Virus record (IMG/VR): IMGVR_UViG_3300021958_000002 | Location: 6 to 64,005 of that record | Source: a virus | Taxonomy: Duplodnaviria; Caudoviricetes | DNA length: 64,000 nucleotides | Direction: 5' to 3' (one strand) | In this document: one piece after another, positions 1 to 10,082 of the stretch | Position numbering within the stretch: position 1 is the stretch's first letter | Layout: every line of letters begins with the position of its first letter | The notes under the pieces: generated by a model | Told to the model about the DNA's origin: nothing | Seen by the model: the letters and a program-made list of their open reading frames with translations, nothing else | Databases searched by the model: none | Position numbers and translations under genes: made by a program

Positions 1-26
1 CAAACATAACGCACTGGGATAATGAT
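1..26. repeat. Terminal overlap (circularity signature), copy 1
   Basis: caaacataacgcactgggataatgat is identical to 63975-64000. Confidence 0.97.
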
Positions 27-677
27 AGTGATGCAGTCCCTGGCACGGGCAACACGTTTGATCTTCATCCCTCTGATAATAACCCAGTATACAGGGACGC
101 AACAACTTATATCTCTACTGGGTGGGCTGACTTTAGGGGTGCGAGCAGTGCTCAGCACAACTTTATGATATCGTCTAATGCCTCCACGGCTGAGACTCTG
201 ACGGTGTATGGTGACTACACTATGTATATGGCGCTTATACTTACGCCAAACAATTACGTTTCAGCCATATACGCTGGGGATTCTGATGCTACTAACGGTC
301 CGTTCCCACTCAAGTCTATTGGTAGTGAGTTTAAGTTTGAATTCAGCAACTCAACATCTGCCTTTAAGTCTAATAAGCAGTCAACATCGTCATTCCCTGG
401 TACTGGAACCACACTAGACAGCAGTAATGTGTTGTTCTCTTTTGTGATAAGGAGAGACGCAAATAACGACGTTTTTGTTTACGACAGGAATGGAAAAATT
501 GCCGCATCAATACCTTACGATGGGACCAATGATGGCCAGTTAATAATCAACAAGATAGGGGCTGCCTTAATACAGCATAGTGCTGGTATGGCTAGGTTTG
601 GTGTAATCAATAAAGATATGGGGAACGATTTCTGCGTGGGGTTAGGTCCTGCGCTGTACGACAGATACAAAGTTTAA
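1..677 (+). CDS. 3' part of a virion-associated protein that starts at 63410 and crosses the origin (413 aa in total); C-terminal part looks beta-rich/lectin-like
   Basis: The frame starting at base 3 (NITHWDNDSDAVPG...) is open into the track ORF 165..677 and continues the ORF from 63410. The fold is inference. Confidence 0.8.
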   Translation, partial: NITHWDNDSDAVPGTGNTFDLHPSDNNPVYRDATTYISTGWADFRGASSAQHNFMISSNASTAETLTVYGDYTMYMALILTPNNYVSAIYAGDSDATNGPFPLKSIGSEFKFEFSNSTSAFKSNKQSTSSFPGTGTTLDSSNVLFSFVIRRDANNDVFVYDRNGKIAASIPYDGTNDGQLIINKIGAALIQHSAGMARFGVINKDMGNDFCVGLGPALYDRYKV

Positions 678-692
678 TTCAATATAACCATT

Positions 693-1523
693 ATGGAAAA
701 ACAAACGAGAAGGGCTTCTGGACGCCCTAAAAAAGTCCAAGCAGAGACTGTGGTGACCGATGTCCCAGTAAAGCGTAAAACCCCTGTGATCAAGCGCAAG
801 GAGCAAGAGCTTCAGAACGCTGAGTACGAAATTCCTCGCGGAGGTGGGGTGGTGTTTATGCTGCCGCAGAAAGGTGTAACCATCTACGACAAGGAAAACG
901 ACACGGTTCGAGAGATTCGTTACTGTCCTAACGAGCCGTCTATTTACGTAGATGAGCAGAGCGAAAACGCTGTGCGTGAGTCAGTTACGTTCAGAAACGG
1001 TAGAATCTTTGTGCCTCGTGAGAAGCCAAACCTCAGAAAGTTCTTGGATCTGCACCCTGCAAACCAAGCTAACGGGGGGAACACCTTTAAAGAGGTAAAC
1101 AAGAAGCGCGATGCAGAGAAGGAGCTTGAGAAGGAATTCTTGACTACAGATGCTGTGGCTTTGGTACGAGACAGCTCTATCGAGGAGCTCCTCCCCGTAG
1201 CGATGTACTTCAAGGTGAATATTAACTCGCCAGTGTCTGAGATTCGATTTAACCTTCTTAGAATCGCTAAGAGCAAGCCAAAGGAGTTTATCGAGTCATT
1301 TGACTCACCGCAGGTTAGAACGCGCAGTATCGTTCAGCAAGCGAAGGATTACCAGATGATCAATGTGAAGTCAAATGGTGTGTACTGGTTCGACTCTAAC
1401 TCGCTCATTGTATCTGTCCCAGTTGGGCAAGATCCAGTTGACGTCATGGTCAGGTTTTGCCTGACGGAGAAAGGGGCGTCAGTACTAGGCGACCTGGAAG
1501 ACAGACTAGAGAAGTTAGCGTAA
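693..1523 (+). CDS. Conserved head/tail-junction-module protein (resembles the crAss-like gene that follows the capsid block)
   Basis: 276-aa ORF with basic N-terminus and IRYCPNEPSIYVDEQ...FL..HP.N motif, located between the capsid and ring genes. Confidence 0.55.
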   Translation: MEKQTRRASGRPKKVQAETVVTDVPVKRKTPVIKRKEQELQNAEYEIPRGGGVVFMLPQKGVTIYDKENDTVREIRYCPNEPSIYVDEQSENAVRESVTFRNGRIFVPREKPNLRKFLDLHPANQANGGNTFKEVNKKRDAEKELEKEFLTTDAVALVRDSSIEELLPVAMYFKVNINSPVSEIRFNLLRIAKSKPKEFIESFDSPQVRTRSIVQQAKDYQMINVKSNGVYWFDSNSLIVSVPVGQDPVDVMVRFCLTEKGASVLGDLEDRLEKLA

Positions 1524-1527
1524 GATG

Positions 1528-1554
1528 AGCCCCCAGTAGGGGGCTTTTCTTTTT
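1528..1554 (+). terminator. Intrinsic terminator
   Basis: agccccc-agta-gggggct hairpin followed by ttttcttttt. Confidence 0.85.
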
Positions 1555-1556
1555 CG

Positions 1557-1564
1557 TATATTTG
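1557..1564 (+). promoter_or_regulatory. Bacteroidota -7 promoter element TATATTTG, 4 nt before ATG 1569
   Basis: Matches the TAnnTTTG consensus; lies in an intergenic gap. Confidence 0.75.
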
Positions 1565-1568
1565 CCTT

Positions 1569-2390
1569 ATGATCGACGTAGGAGAAGTATACGGTATTGT
1601 ACGTGATTTGTGCAACAAGGACCAGAAGGGCTTTGTCACACCTGCCGTATTTAATAACCTCGCTGCCCTTGCTCAGCAGAAGGTGTTCAATGAGATGTTC
1701 GCCAAGCTGGCACAGGCAAAAGCGGCCAGAAGGTCTGGTATAGACCCAGGCAGAGAGAACTCCATTCACACGAAGCTGGAGGAGGATTTGCAGTACTATG
1801 TCAAGCAAGCTGTGCTTGGGTCATCTGATTTTGATGCGTACGAAGGAGAGGAGGTTGATGAGGAGACTGGAACAAGTACTACTATTACGGTAAACCCTGA
1901 TGGTGCGTTTACTTCTCTCAAGGTGCTCGACCTGCACAAGGTCATTTCTATGAATGCGTCAGACACGGGGGCCAACATTGAGCTTGTCACAAACGCAGAG
2001 AAAGCAAACAGAATACTCAGAAGTAACCTGTCTACCCCTACTGATGATTTCCCTGTAGCCTTGATGTTTGGGAACAAGTTCCAGGTTTTCCCTGATACCG
2101 TAACCTCTGTGCAGCTTAACTACTACAGAACACCAAGCTCTGTGTACCCAATTGCTCAGGGTGACTTCTTGGCTGGGGACTTTGACTACACCTCGCAGCC
2201 TAGGTATGCTTCTATCGAAATCGATCCAGTCTCTGGGTTTGTTGTTCAGGACCCATTGAACTCTAGAAACTTTGACCTCCCACCAAACAGCAAGTCAGAG
2301 CTGATCTTTGAGATTACCAGGCTGATAGGTGTGAGATTGAGAGACCAGTACTTGTACCAATCAACTGGCCTAATTGAAAAAGAAAGCTAA
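1569..2390 (+). CDS. Tail ring / tubular (head-tail adaptor) protein
   Basis: N-terminus MIDVGEVY..V..L.NKDQKGFVTP..FN..A..AQ is typical of crAss-like ring proteins; position before the muzzle. Confidence 0.65.
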   Translation: MIDVGEVYGIVRDLCNKDQKGFVTPAVFNNLAALAQQKVFNEMFAKLAQAKAARRSGIDPGRENSIHTKLEEDLQYYVKQAVLGSSDFDAYEGEEVDEETGTSTTITVNPDGAFTSLKVLDLHKVISMNASDTGANIELVTNAEKANRILRSNLSTPTDDFPVALMFGNKFQVFPDTVTSVQLNYYRTPSSVYPIAQGDFLAGDFDYTSQPRYASIEIDPVSGFVVQDPLNSRNFDLPPNSKSELIFEITRLIGVRLRDQYLYQSTGLIEKES

Positions 2391-3271
2391 TGCCTAACGT
2401 AGATACAAAAGGTAGAAATTACGTAACACTGAGAAGCGTAATTGACGACTATATCATCACGCTAGATGGAGACGATTACGTGTCTAACGTGTCTGATGCT
2501 GCGCTACGCAACATTGCGCTTCGCGGTATCAGAGAGTTTGGTTTTGACGTGAGCTCGCGTGTGAAGTCGTTGAAACTGTCTGTGGATAGCACGAACAATA
2601 CTGTTGCTCTCCCTGCTGACTACGTAGATATCGTAAAGCTTGGGGTGGTAGGCGGTGACGGCATTTTGTATGTTATGGGTCACAACAAGAATCTCAACTA
2701 CTCCATGAAGATTAAGACTGGAGTTGATGACCCACTTACGGATGATATTGACGAGTCGCTTCCAACCACAGAGGACTTTGACGATACACCGCTGAATATC
2801 GACGCTAACTCAGTCAATGATCTTGAGGATAGCAAGAGTGGAACTGGAGACGCCTCATCATCTGACTACGACTTCTACATCTTTGAGAACTATATCTTCC
2901 AGGGTGGAATTGGTAGGATGTACGGGCTGGGTGGTGGTCATTTGAGGGGTGAGTACAGAATCAACCTAGACCAGAACAGGATCGAAATAAGCACAGATTC
3001 AGGTACGTCTGAAGTGGTACTGGAGTACATAGCTGACGAGGCTCGCTCTGGTAACCCAGTCATCCACGTATACGCTGAAGAAGCGCTTAGGTGTTACATC
3101 TACTACAAGTTGTGCGAGCGCAAGGCCAGTGTACCTGCTAACGAAAAGGCAAGGGCAAGAGCTGAGTACTACAATGAGCGCAGAAAGGCTAAGGCCAGAC
3201 TGAGCAACTTCAGCAAAGAAGAGGCATTGAAGACTATTCGTCAGAACTTTAAGATGGCACCTAAGTACTAA
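2390..3271 (+). CDS. Tail ring / tubular protein with an acidic insertion
   Basis: ALRGIREFGFD, LPADYVD..KLG, VVLEYIAD and EEALRCYI.YK motifs; synteny. Confidence 0.6.
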   Translation: MPNVDTKGRNYVTLRSVIDDYIITLDGDDYVSNVSDAALRNIALRGIREFGFDVSSRVKSLKLSVDSTNNTVALPADYVDIVKLGVVGGDGILYVMGHNKNLNYSMKIKTGVDDPLTDDIDESLPTTEDFDDTPLNIDANSVNDLEDSKSGTGDASSSDYDFYIFENYIFQGGIGRMYGLGGGHLRGEYRINLDQNRIEISTDSGTSEVVLEYIADEARSGNPVIHVYAEEALRCYIYYKLCERKASVPANEKARARAEYYNERRKAKARLSNFSKEEALKTIRQNFKMAPKY

Positions 3272-6200
3272 TGATTAATAAGTTAACCCCACGTAAACTG
3301 AACCCATCCCTCGATTCTCGATTGAGAAAGAAGGATGAGATGCTTGACGCCCTGAACGTAGACATCAAGTCAGATAATGACGGGGACTCAGGCGATGTAG
3401 GTGTGCTCAAGCCCGTGAAGGGGATGAGTAAACTTGACTTTGAACAGATATCTACTCCCACTGAAGGTGAGCAGATTGGGAGAAGAGTTATTGGGAGTGT
3501 AACGGACGAGAAGAACGATATTATCTTTTACTTTTTGTTCTCTGAGATCAGTTCAGAACAAGGCGTTTATGCTTACGACCCATATGGGAACCTGTCAGAC
3601 GATGACAACAATAACCTTATAAAGGCGGTATATCAATCCCCTTACTTCAATTTCCCTCAAAACGGATTTGTAAAGGCAGACGTAGTCTACACTACGAACC
3701 ATGAAGTATGCAACCTGTACTTTACGGATAATAGGAATGAGCCAAGGAGATTAGATGTAAAGCGAGCTAGGTCATTCACTTTAAGTTCTGCTGGGGCTCC
3801 TGATGAAGCTATAGATATCGTTGACTTTATCACCGCATGCCCCAAGACCCCTATTCACCCCATTTCGTTTGAATTTGTTTATGACGCCAACTACCAAGTA
3901 AGTGAATTCAGGAACATCCCTGGGTTTCAGTTTGCGTATCAATGCATCTATGCTGGCGGCGAAGAAACCGCTATCTCTACGTACTCAGACATTGCTGTAC
4001 CACCTTCATATGTTCAGCAGGGGACAATAAGCACCCCCAACCTGCTCGCTCACAATACGTGCAGACTCACAATCCCAAAGGAAGTTGACGGTGTCGATGT
4101 GTACTCTTTTGATATAGAGAAGATTAGAATCTTGGGCAGGATTGGAAACCTTGGGACATGGTACACGATTGACGAGGTAAACACCACTGGCGGAAACATT
4201 ATCTATGACTTTAGGAATGATCGAGTTCTTACTGGTGTACCTGACGAGGATGTACAAAAACAGTTTACATCCCTCCCAAGAAAGGCGCAAGCCCAAACAG
4301 TAGTAGATAATAGGCTGTTTTACGGTAACTATGTAGAGAGCTTTGATGAGCCGACGGTCAGCGCGACAATGACCGTTTATTACAGGGAGAGACCTACGGA
4401 TTTTGTAAACCTACAGTTACAGTTAGAAGAGATTGTACTTCCATCCCCTGATATTGCTTACGACGTAGATGGGATAAGCTACGGTGGCGGTTACGTCATA
4501 AACAGGAAGGCTGGGTACAAGATGACCACAGAAAACATTCCTGATTATATCGAGCAGGGTACCGTTATGACCGTAAACCTTACGGTTCATCCAGATGCCG
4601 CTTTTAAAATATATGACACGGAAAGCGGTAGTAGTCACCATTTATCTAAAAATGTTTTAGGCAGAAAGGACACTTACGCCAGAATGGATGAGAGCGCACC
4701 TCAGGGCGAGAAGATGTTGACTGAGAGAAATTCCTACGGAGGAAAGGGGGCTGGTGTTTTTGATTCTATGTCTTGGACCCCTGAGGACACTTCTTTAATA
4801 CCTGAGGGTGAGACAGCAATTCCTGTCGTTTGTGGGACATCAGCAAGCAATGCGCTTTCAATAGCTGGTAGGGCGCTAACCTTCTCCTGTACTATTCAGT
4901 TCAATCAGGAAATAAGCGCTAATTCCAAGCAAATAGTAAGGAATGCAGTTTGCCAAGCAATTTCTGGTGGATCGGTTGCTCCAGCTGATATAGGGACGAA
5001 TATTACTGTTTTAGATTCAGTATCTACATCATCATACTCGTACAACATTGGTTTGAACGATGAGAATGGCGTTGACAACATCCCAGTTGTCAATGGAGAC
5101 GACTACAGAAAGAGATTAATAAACGCGGTATTGCCTGTCAATCCAGACCCCAACACAGCACCGCTTGGCTACTTCATAATAAATTCAGCAGACGTTTCAT
5201 TCTCCTTAAATAGGAATGAAAATCCTGAGGCCATGGACCCTGACGAGGAGTATAACGGATACCTCTACTTAAACCTAGACTCTTTAACAAACATCCAGAC
5301 CAAAAACTGCATACCAGTTCCCTTGGCTGATTTTGGAGATTTCATTTCACCTAATACTTTGGTAGACGCCCCTGGTATCCACTCTTGGGCCATATACTCT
5401 AGTTCCTACGCCAACGCGGAAATCTTGTACCCCAACATCCTAGATGTATCAAATGGGGAGGAGGAGACGGTAAACTATAATGGTTTTTTTGAGGCCATAA
5501 CCCATGTTAATAATGGTGGAGCGCTCAACAATCCTGCAAATGAGCAGGCCCAACTATATTGGCCTTTATTTTTTGAGGAGTCCTCAATATACGGTAGCCT
5601 AACTGATATAGGTGATTTGGTTAGCAATTTTTCTTTATTAGATGGGGAGCAGGGGCCTGATTCTTTGACTTTTAAGGATCTGGAGACCTACGTCACTAAT
5701 GTTGCCACCAGCAATATAATACCAAATAATGAGCTAAACACAAGTACTGGATCAGTAAATTACCTAAACCTTTTTGGGGATCAGGGGTTTGTGTATACTG
5801 CCGTTTACGCCACAACAGGAGATAGGATAATTAAAAGAATCGGTGTTGATTTAGAGGACTCACTTTCTATTGGAGCTGTTTTTCTTGTTAGTTACAGGGA
5901 TGCGTTTAACCAAGATGGAGAGTCCATACTGGAGGAGAAGGCTTGTCAGGTTGAGATAATTGATTTCAACAGTTATCTGACTGACTCTGGATTGGTAAAC
6001 TACGATAGGTCATTTAAGACTGAGTCTAATCATGACTTTGGTGTTGTTTACTACGACGAGAGGGGTAGGGCTGGAAACGTAAACAAGCTTCCGACTGTTT
6101 ATATTCCTGGTTACTCAGCGGAAGAAAGAGGGAGCATGAAGGGCAGGGTTGAGATTGGAATTCAACTAAATCACGAACCGCCTGAATGGGCTCACCACTA

Positions 6201-8907
6201 CCAAATTGTTTATGCTGGTAATTCTAGCGTTTCAGACTTTATTCAGTACACCACTGGCGGCGCTTTTGTTGCTCAAGAAAGTGAAGAGGGATCTCAGAAC
6301 ATTTACGTGTCCCTTAATTACCTCCAGCAGCACCCAACCGTATCTTACTCTAAAGATTTTGGGGCGGTTAGCAATGAGGGTATTAACGATATGTATACCT
6401 TTAAACAGGGGGATAGGTTGAGGATTATATCATACTATACCAATAATGAAGACAGGATTTGGCCAAGAGATTATGATTTTGAGATCATCGACAGCGTAAT
6501 CCTTACGGAAGACGTAGATACAAACCCTTTGATAGGGTCTACTGGAGATAGTGACGAGCAAATCGCCCCCCGTACGGGCAGGTTTTTAATTCTTAAAAAC
6601 TCTCCGTTCGCCGCTGGATTTACTTATCAGGACGTGCTTGCAGCCGAGGACGTCAACACAAACTCTCATCACTGGAATGACAGGTGTGTTGTAGAGATAT
6701 ATTCTCCACTCGACAAACAGAGCTCTGAAAACAGAGTTTATCACGAGACTGGAAATGTTTACAATACAATAAGCTTTTCAGGCGCAACTGTAGTACACCA
6801 AACAAACCCAGTACTCCTTAGAAACGGAGATATTTGGTGGAGAAGGGTACCAGTAAACATGCCTGATTATGATGAAAACAACAACCTGTTTACCAATCTA
6901 ATAACCAGTGAAACCTCGCCGTCTAAGTTTCGAGATTACTACCTTGAAACCAACAGGTTCAACGATACGTTAGTGGACTCTAAACAGTACTCATTTGGAA
7001 AAATAAAAACGATATCACCTATCAACAAGGAGATTCGCAGAGACAGCTCAATCACTTACTCTGACAAGAATAATTATGCTAGTCAGCTAGTTAGGTTTAC
7101 GTCGTTTAATCCATTTAAGTTGCAATTCAAAGATTTGCCAGCTGAGCACGGGGCGATAAACTACATTCTAAACTACTCAGACTCAGTGTTTTGCATACAA
7201 GAAGAAAAGACCTCTGTCCTTCCTGTAGATAGAAGCATCCTGTCTGATGCATCTGGAGTGGAGAGCCTTATCGCTTCAAGCAAAGTGCTGGGTGCTCAGA
7301 AGTTCTATGCTGGTGCGTACGGATGCGACGACAATCCTGAATCAGTTGTCAAGGTAGATAATTTCATTTACTTTGCCAATAAGTCAAGACAGCAGGTATA
7401 CAGATTTTCCCCAGATAGGGGTGTGTCGGTTATTTCTGAGGGTGGGATGAAGCAGTACTTTAGGTATTTGTTCAATAGGGTTCTTGGTGCTCAAACTGCT
7501 GAATCAGGCGTTAGGATCGTTGGGGGTTATGATCCTTTGAAGGATGAGTTCTTGATATCTATTATGAATGCTACCGTTCTCACAGAACCAACCCCATTCT
7601 TTTATGAGCCCCCAGTTGGAAATCAAATTATTGATGAGGTTGACACGTCTACTGGTGCCGACCCAATAAGCATAACCGATGTGGAGGCTCTTGAAGTCGT
7701 GTTTGAGGATTTATTGGTTATTACCACTGGCCCAAATGGAGTCGTAGCCACTGGAGTCGTAACGATAGACAATATAACAGACCCATTAACCTTACTTGTT
7801 CTTCCTCTCCCATCGAGCTATCAAATTACTGGGAGTGAACTGTCAATTGAGATTGTCGTGGAAGCTGTTGGCTCATTTACTGAACTTGCAACCTCGGCAA
7901 CAACTGTCTACTCAGATTCCATTATACTTGATTCTTCGGTCATCATAAATACGGGTGAGAACTACCTATCTTTGCTTGACCCTGAGACTGAATACAATCT
8001 TTTCGCTGGGGTGTTTAATGCTGATGGCTCTATTGTTGCGTATGAGGAGATTGCTTTTACAACACCCTCAGAGGGCGTTGCCCCAGTAGAAAGTGAACCT
8101 GTTTACGACATTGCTGATTTTCAATACGAGTATGATGAGAGTGGGGTTTCAGGGCCTATTGGGTACATAACAACTGTAAACACTTACTCAGACTCATCAA
8201 ATCCGTACTCAGTAAATGTTTATCTCGTTCAGGGAGCCGAGAGCGCTGACGATGTAAACTGGACCAATGAGCCTGTAGGTATTGGTGATGGGCCTAGTGG
8301 GCTATTTGATATCTTCTCGGCAAACGTGGTGGCTACCGCTAGCTTTATTAACCTGGAGTCAAACCAGATATTGACGCTCACCTCTGATTCTATAGTAGAA
8401 TATTCGCCTGTCACTGGCGGTGGAGCGGTTGATGTTAATCAACCTCACCTAGCCATTGTGTATTTGTCCGAATCAAATGTAATTCAAGACGTACTCTACT
8501 CCCCTATACCAGCCTTCGTTGATGTGTCACTTAGCCCAACACCGCTTAGCATTATAGCAACAGAGGGCCTTACGGTGGGGGAGGCAGGTACTCTATCAAG
8601 CTTGACTTCCGACGGCCTAGCTGCTGCTATAAATTCAGTACTTAACAATCCTGAATTAGCCAACCAACTCACGGCAGACGAACAGGCATCTGCGGCTTTA
8701 TTTTCTACTGATGTTGATACTGACATAGGTGGTGATGGAGCAATTGGAACGAATGATCTTTTGGCGCTGCTAACAACGTATGGTGCGATTATTAGCAGAA
8801 TCAACCAATTGGGCGCACAGGGGGTTGAAGGTTTTGAAGCGTTTGGTAACGATAACGATGCATTGTTTATTGAGCCAGGCAGTCCACTACTAGATGACTT
8901 AGAATAA
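3271..8907 (+). CDS. Tail muzzle / stabilisation protein (P22 gp10-like propeller), N-terminal part, with a ~450-aa acidic C-terminal extension
   Basis: DALN..., LYFTDNRNEPRRLD, NRLFYGNY, FGVVYYDERGR and GGYDP.KDEF motifs; 1878 aa. Confidence 0.7.
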   Translation: MINKLTPRKLNPSLDSRLRKKDEMLDALNVDIKSDNDGDSGDVGVLKPVKGMSKLDFEQISTPTEGEQIGRRVIGSVTDEKNDIIFYFLFSEISSEQGVYAYDPYGNLSDDDNNNLIKAVYQSPYFNFPQNGFVKADVVYTTNHEVCNLYFTDNRNEPRRLDVKRARSFTLSSAGAPDEAIDIVDFITACPKTPIHPISFEFVYDANYQVSEFRNIPGFQFAYQCIYAGGEETAISTYSDIAVPPSYVQQGTISTPNLLAHNTCRLTIPKEVDGVDVYSFDIEKIRILGRIGNLGTWYTIDEVNTTGGNIIYDFRNDRVLTGVPDEDVQKQFTSLPRKAQAQTVVDNRLFYGNYVESFDEPTVSATMTVYYRERPTDFVNLQLQLEEIVLPSPDIAYDVDGISYGGGYVINRKAGYKMTTENIPDYIEQGTVMTVNLTVHPDAAFKIYDTESGSSHHLSKNVLGRKDTYARMDESAPQGEKMLTERNSYGGKGAGVFDSMSWTPEDTSLIPEGETAIPVVCGTSASNALSIAGRALTFSCTIQFNQEISANSKQIVRNAVCQAISGGSVAPADIGTNITVLDSVSTSSYSYNIGLNDENGVDNIPVVNGDDYRKRLINAVLPVNPDPNTAPLGYFIINSADVSFSLNRNENPEAMDPDEEYNGYLYLNLDSLTNIQTKNCIPVPLADFGDFISPNTLVDAPGIHSWAIYSSSYANAEILYPNILDVSNGEEETVNYNGFFEAITHVNNGGALNNPANEQAQLYWPLFFEESSIYGSLTDIGDLVSNFSLLDGEQGPDSLTFKDLETYVTNVATSNIIPNNELNTSTGSVNYLNLFGDQGFVYTAVYATTGDRIIKRIGVDLEDSLSIGAVFLVSYRDAFNQDGESILEEKACQVEIIDFNSYLTDSGLVNYDRSFKTESNHDFGVVYYDERGRAGNVNKLPTVYIPGYSAEERGSMKGRVEIGIQLNHEPPEWAHHYQIVYAGNSSVSDFIQYTTGGAFVAQESEEGSQNIYVSLNYLQQHPTVSYSKDFGAVSNEGINDMYTFKQGDRLRIISYYTNNEDRIWPRDYDFEIIDSVILTEDVDTNPLIGSTGDSDEQIAPRTGRFLILKNSPFAAGFTYQDVLAAEDVNTNSHHWNDRCVVEIYSPLDKQSSENRVYHETGNVYNTISFSGATVVHQTNPVLLRNGDIWWRRVPVNMPDYDENNNLFTNLITSETSPSKFRDYYLETNRFNDTLVDSKQYSFGKIKTISPINKEIRRDSSITYSDKNNYASQLVRFTSFNPFKLQFKDLPAEHGAINYILNYSDSVFCIQEEKTSVLPVDRSILSDASGVESLIASSKVLGAQKFYAGAYGCDDNPESVVKVDNFIYFANKSRQQVYRFSPDRGVSVISEGGMKQYFRYLFNRVLGAQTAESGVRIVGGYDPLKDEFLISIMNATVLTEPTPFFYEPPVGNQIIDEVDTSTGADPISITDVEALEVVFEDLLVITTGPNGVVATGVVTIDNITDPLTLLVLPLPSSYQITGSELSIEIVVEAVGSFTELATSATTVYSDSIILDSSVIINTGENYLSLLDPETEYNLFAGVFNADGSIVAYEEIAFTTPSEGVAPVESEPVYDIADFQYEYDESGVSGPIGYITTVNTYSDSSNPYSVNVYLVQGAESADDVNWTNEPVGIGDGPSGLFDIFSANVVATASFINLESNQILTLTSDSIVEYSPVTGGGAVDVNQPHLAIVYLSESNVIQDVLYSPIPAFVDVSLSPTPLSIIATEGLTVGEAGTLSSLTSDGLAAAINSVLNNPELANQLTADEQASAALFSTDVDTDIGGDGAIGTNDLLALLTTYGAIISRINQLGAQGVEGFEAFGNDNDALFIEPGSPLLDDLE

Positions 8908-8916
8908 TACTACAAC

Positions 8917-10062
8917 ATGGCAATAACTAGCTCGAACAATACTACTGTAGCTTTCGACAACACAGACAGATTCTGGAAGACGAGGTATTCCTTTTGGTCT
9001 TCTTGTTATGGCTGGTTGAACAACATTCTAACCTCTGGTAAAAACGCACAGGACTTAGGTGGGCAGACGGATCTTGTTTACAGGCATAACAGTAGCGGTG
9101 CAGAGATCAACGATTTTCATGGTAATGGATCAGTGGGCAGCGTTGTTCAGGTATCGTTCAACGACAACGTGTCAGCCAACAAGATATTTAAGTCAATATC
9201 CGTTGAGGGTACACAGAACATAGAAAACAGTATATCGCTCGTCTCTGTCAACTCCGACAACCTCCCCGTAAAGTCATTCAACTTTGGAACGGTAAAGGAC
9301 AAGGGCGGTATCCTGTACGCTGACATGGGGAAAAATATCTTTGGGGGTTCAGCAAATGTAAAGTGCCTTGGGGTGATTACTGGGGTGAGACCCATTAACC
9401 CAGATAGCGCAATCGTTCCAGACGATTTCTTGCCAGATGGTTATGAGCATCCACTGACCGATCAGATAAGCGCCGCTGACTCAGTAGCTTTTGATGCTGA
9501 CAGGTACTGGGCCATAAAGGTTCAGGGTGGTGATCTGACTGCGCAAAGCCTGCCTAGCTGGAGACAGGTTGGTGACGAGAATAAATATCACGGTGGCCTG
9601 TACTTCGTTAAAGATATTGATGGCGACTACGTGGGGGATTATAATCAGATGAGCCAGAATCTTTTGACGGGGCTGTACTCTGCTTTAAGAGATAAGAACG
9701 CTACCAATGACTTACGGTTTGCCGCTGACATGCAAGATATTGGTAGGCCCTCAGCTGAAGAAACCTTCGATATCCCTAATTATTACGCTGGGGAGAAGAT
9801 ACTTTACACAAGGACAGACTTCGAATCCACTCTTGACCAGAGTTTCGTTGAACAGTACTTTGCCGACGACGGGAGTGGAAATGGCACCCTTAATTACGAA
9901 ACCAAAAGGTATGCCCTCTACCAGGTTAGTGAGAACGCTATTTTTGGGGATGAGCCTAGGGGTCAGTACTGTGATCTGACTATCGCATTTGGAAGCGAGA
10001 AGTTTGAGATGTATGCCCTCAACCTAAACTACGAAATAACTAACCTCGATCATTCTAGATGA
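8917..10062 (+). CDS. Muzzle / stabilisation protein, C-terminal part, encoded as a separate ORF
   Basis: Begins with TVAFD...WKTRYSF and has VSFND..SANKIFKSISVEG, the segment that normally follows GGYDP in these proteins. Confidence 0.6.
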   Translation: MAITSSNNTTVAFDNTDRFWKTRYSFWSSCYGWLNNILTSGKNAQDLGGQTDLVYRHNSSGAEINDFHGNGSVGSVVQVSFNDNVSANKIFKSISVEGTQNIENSISLVSVNSDNLPVKSFNFGTVKDKGGILYADMGKNIFGGSANVKCLGVITGVRPINPDSAIVPDDFLPDGYEHPLTDQISAADSVAFDADRYWAIKVQGGDLTAQSLPSWRQVGDENKYHGGLYFVKDIDGDYVGDYNQMSQNLLTGLYSALRDKNATNDLRFAADMQDIGRPSAEETFDIPNYYAGEKILYTRTDFESTLDQSFVEQYFADDGSGNGTLNYETKRYALYQVSENAIFGDEPRGQYCDLTIAFGSEKFEMYALNLNYEITNLDHSR

Positions 10063-10070
10063 TTGTTGAT

Positions 10071-10078
10071 TATATTTG
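10071..10078 (+). promoter_or_regulatory. -7 promoter element TATATTTG, 4 nt before ATG 10083
   Basis: gatTATATTTGcattATG. Confidence 0.7.
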
Positions 10079-10082
10079 CATT

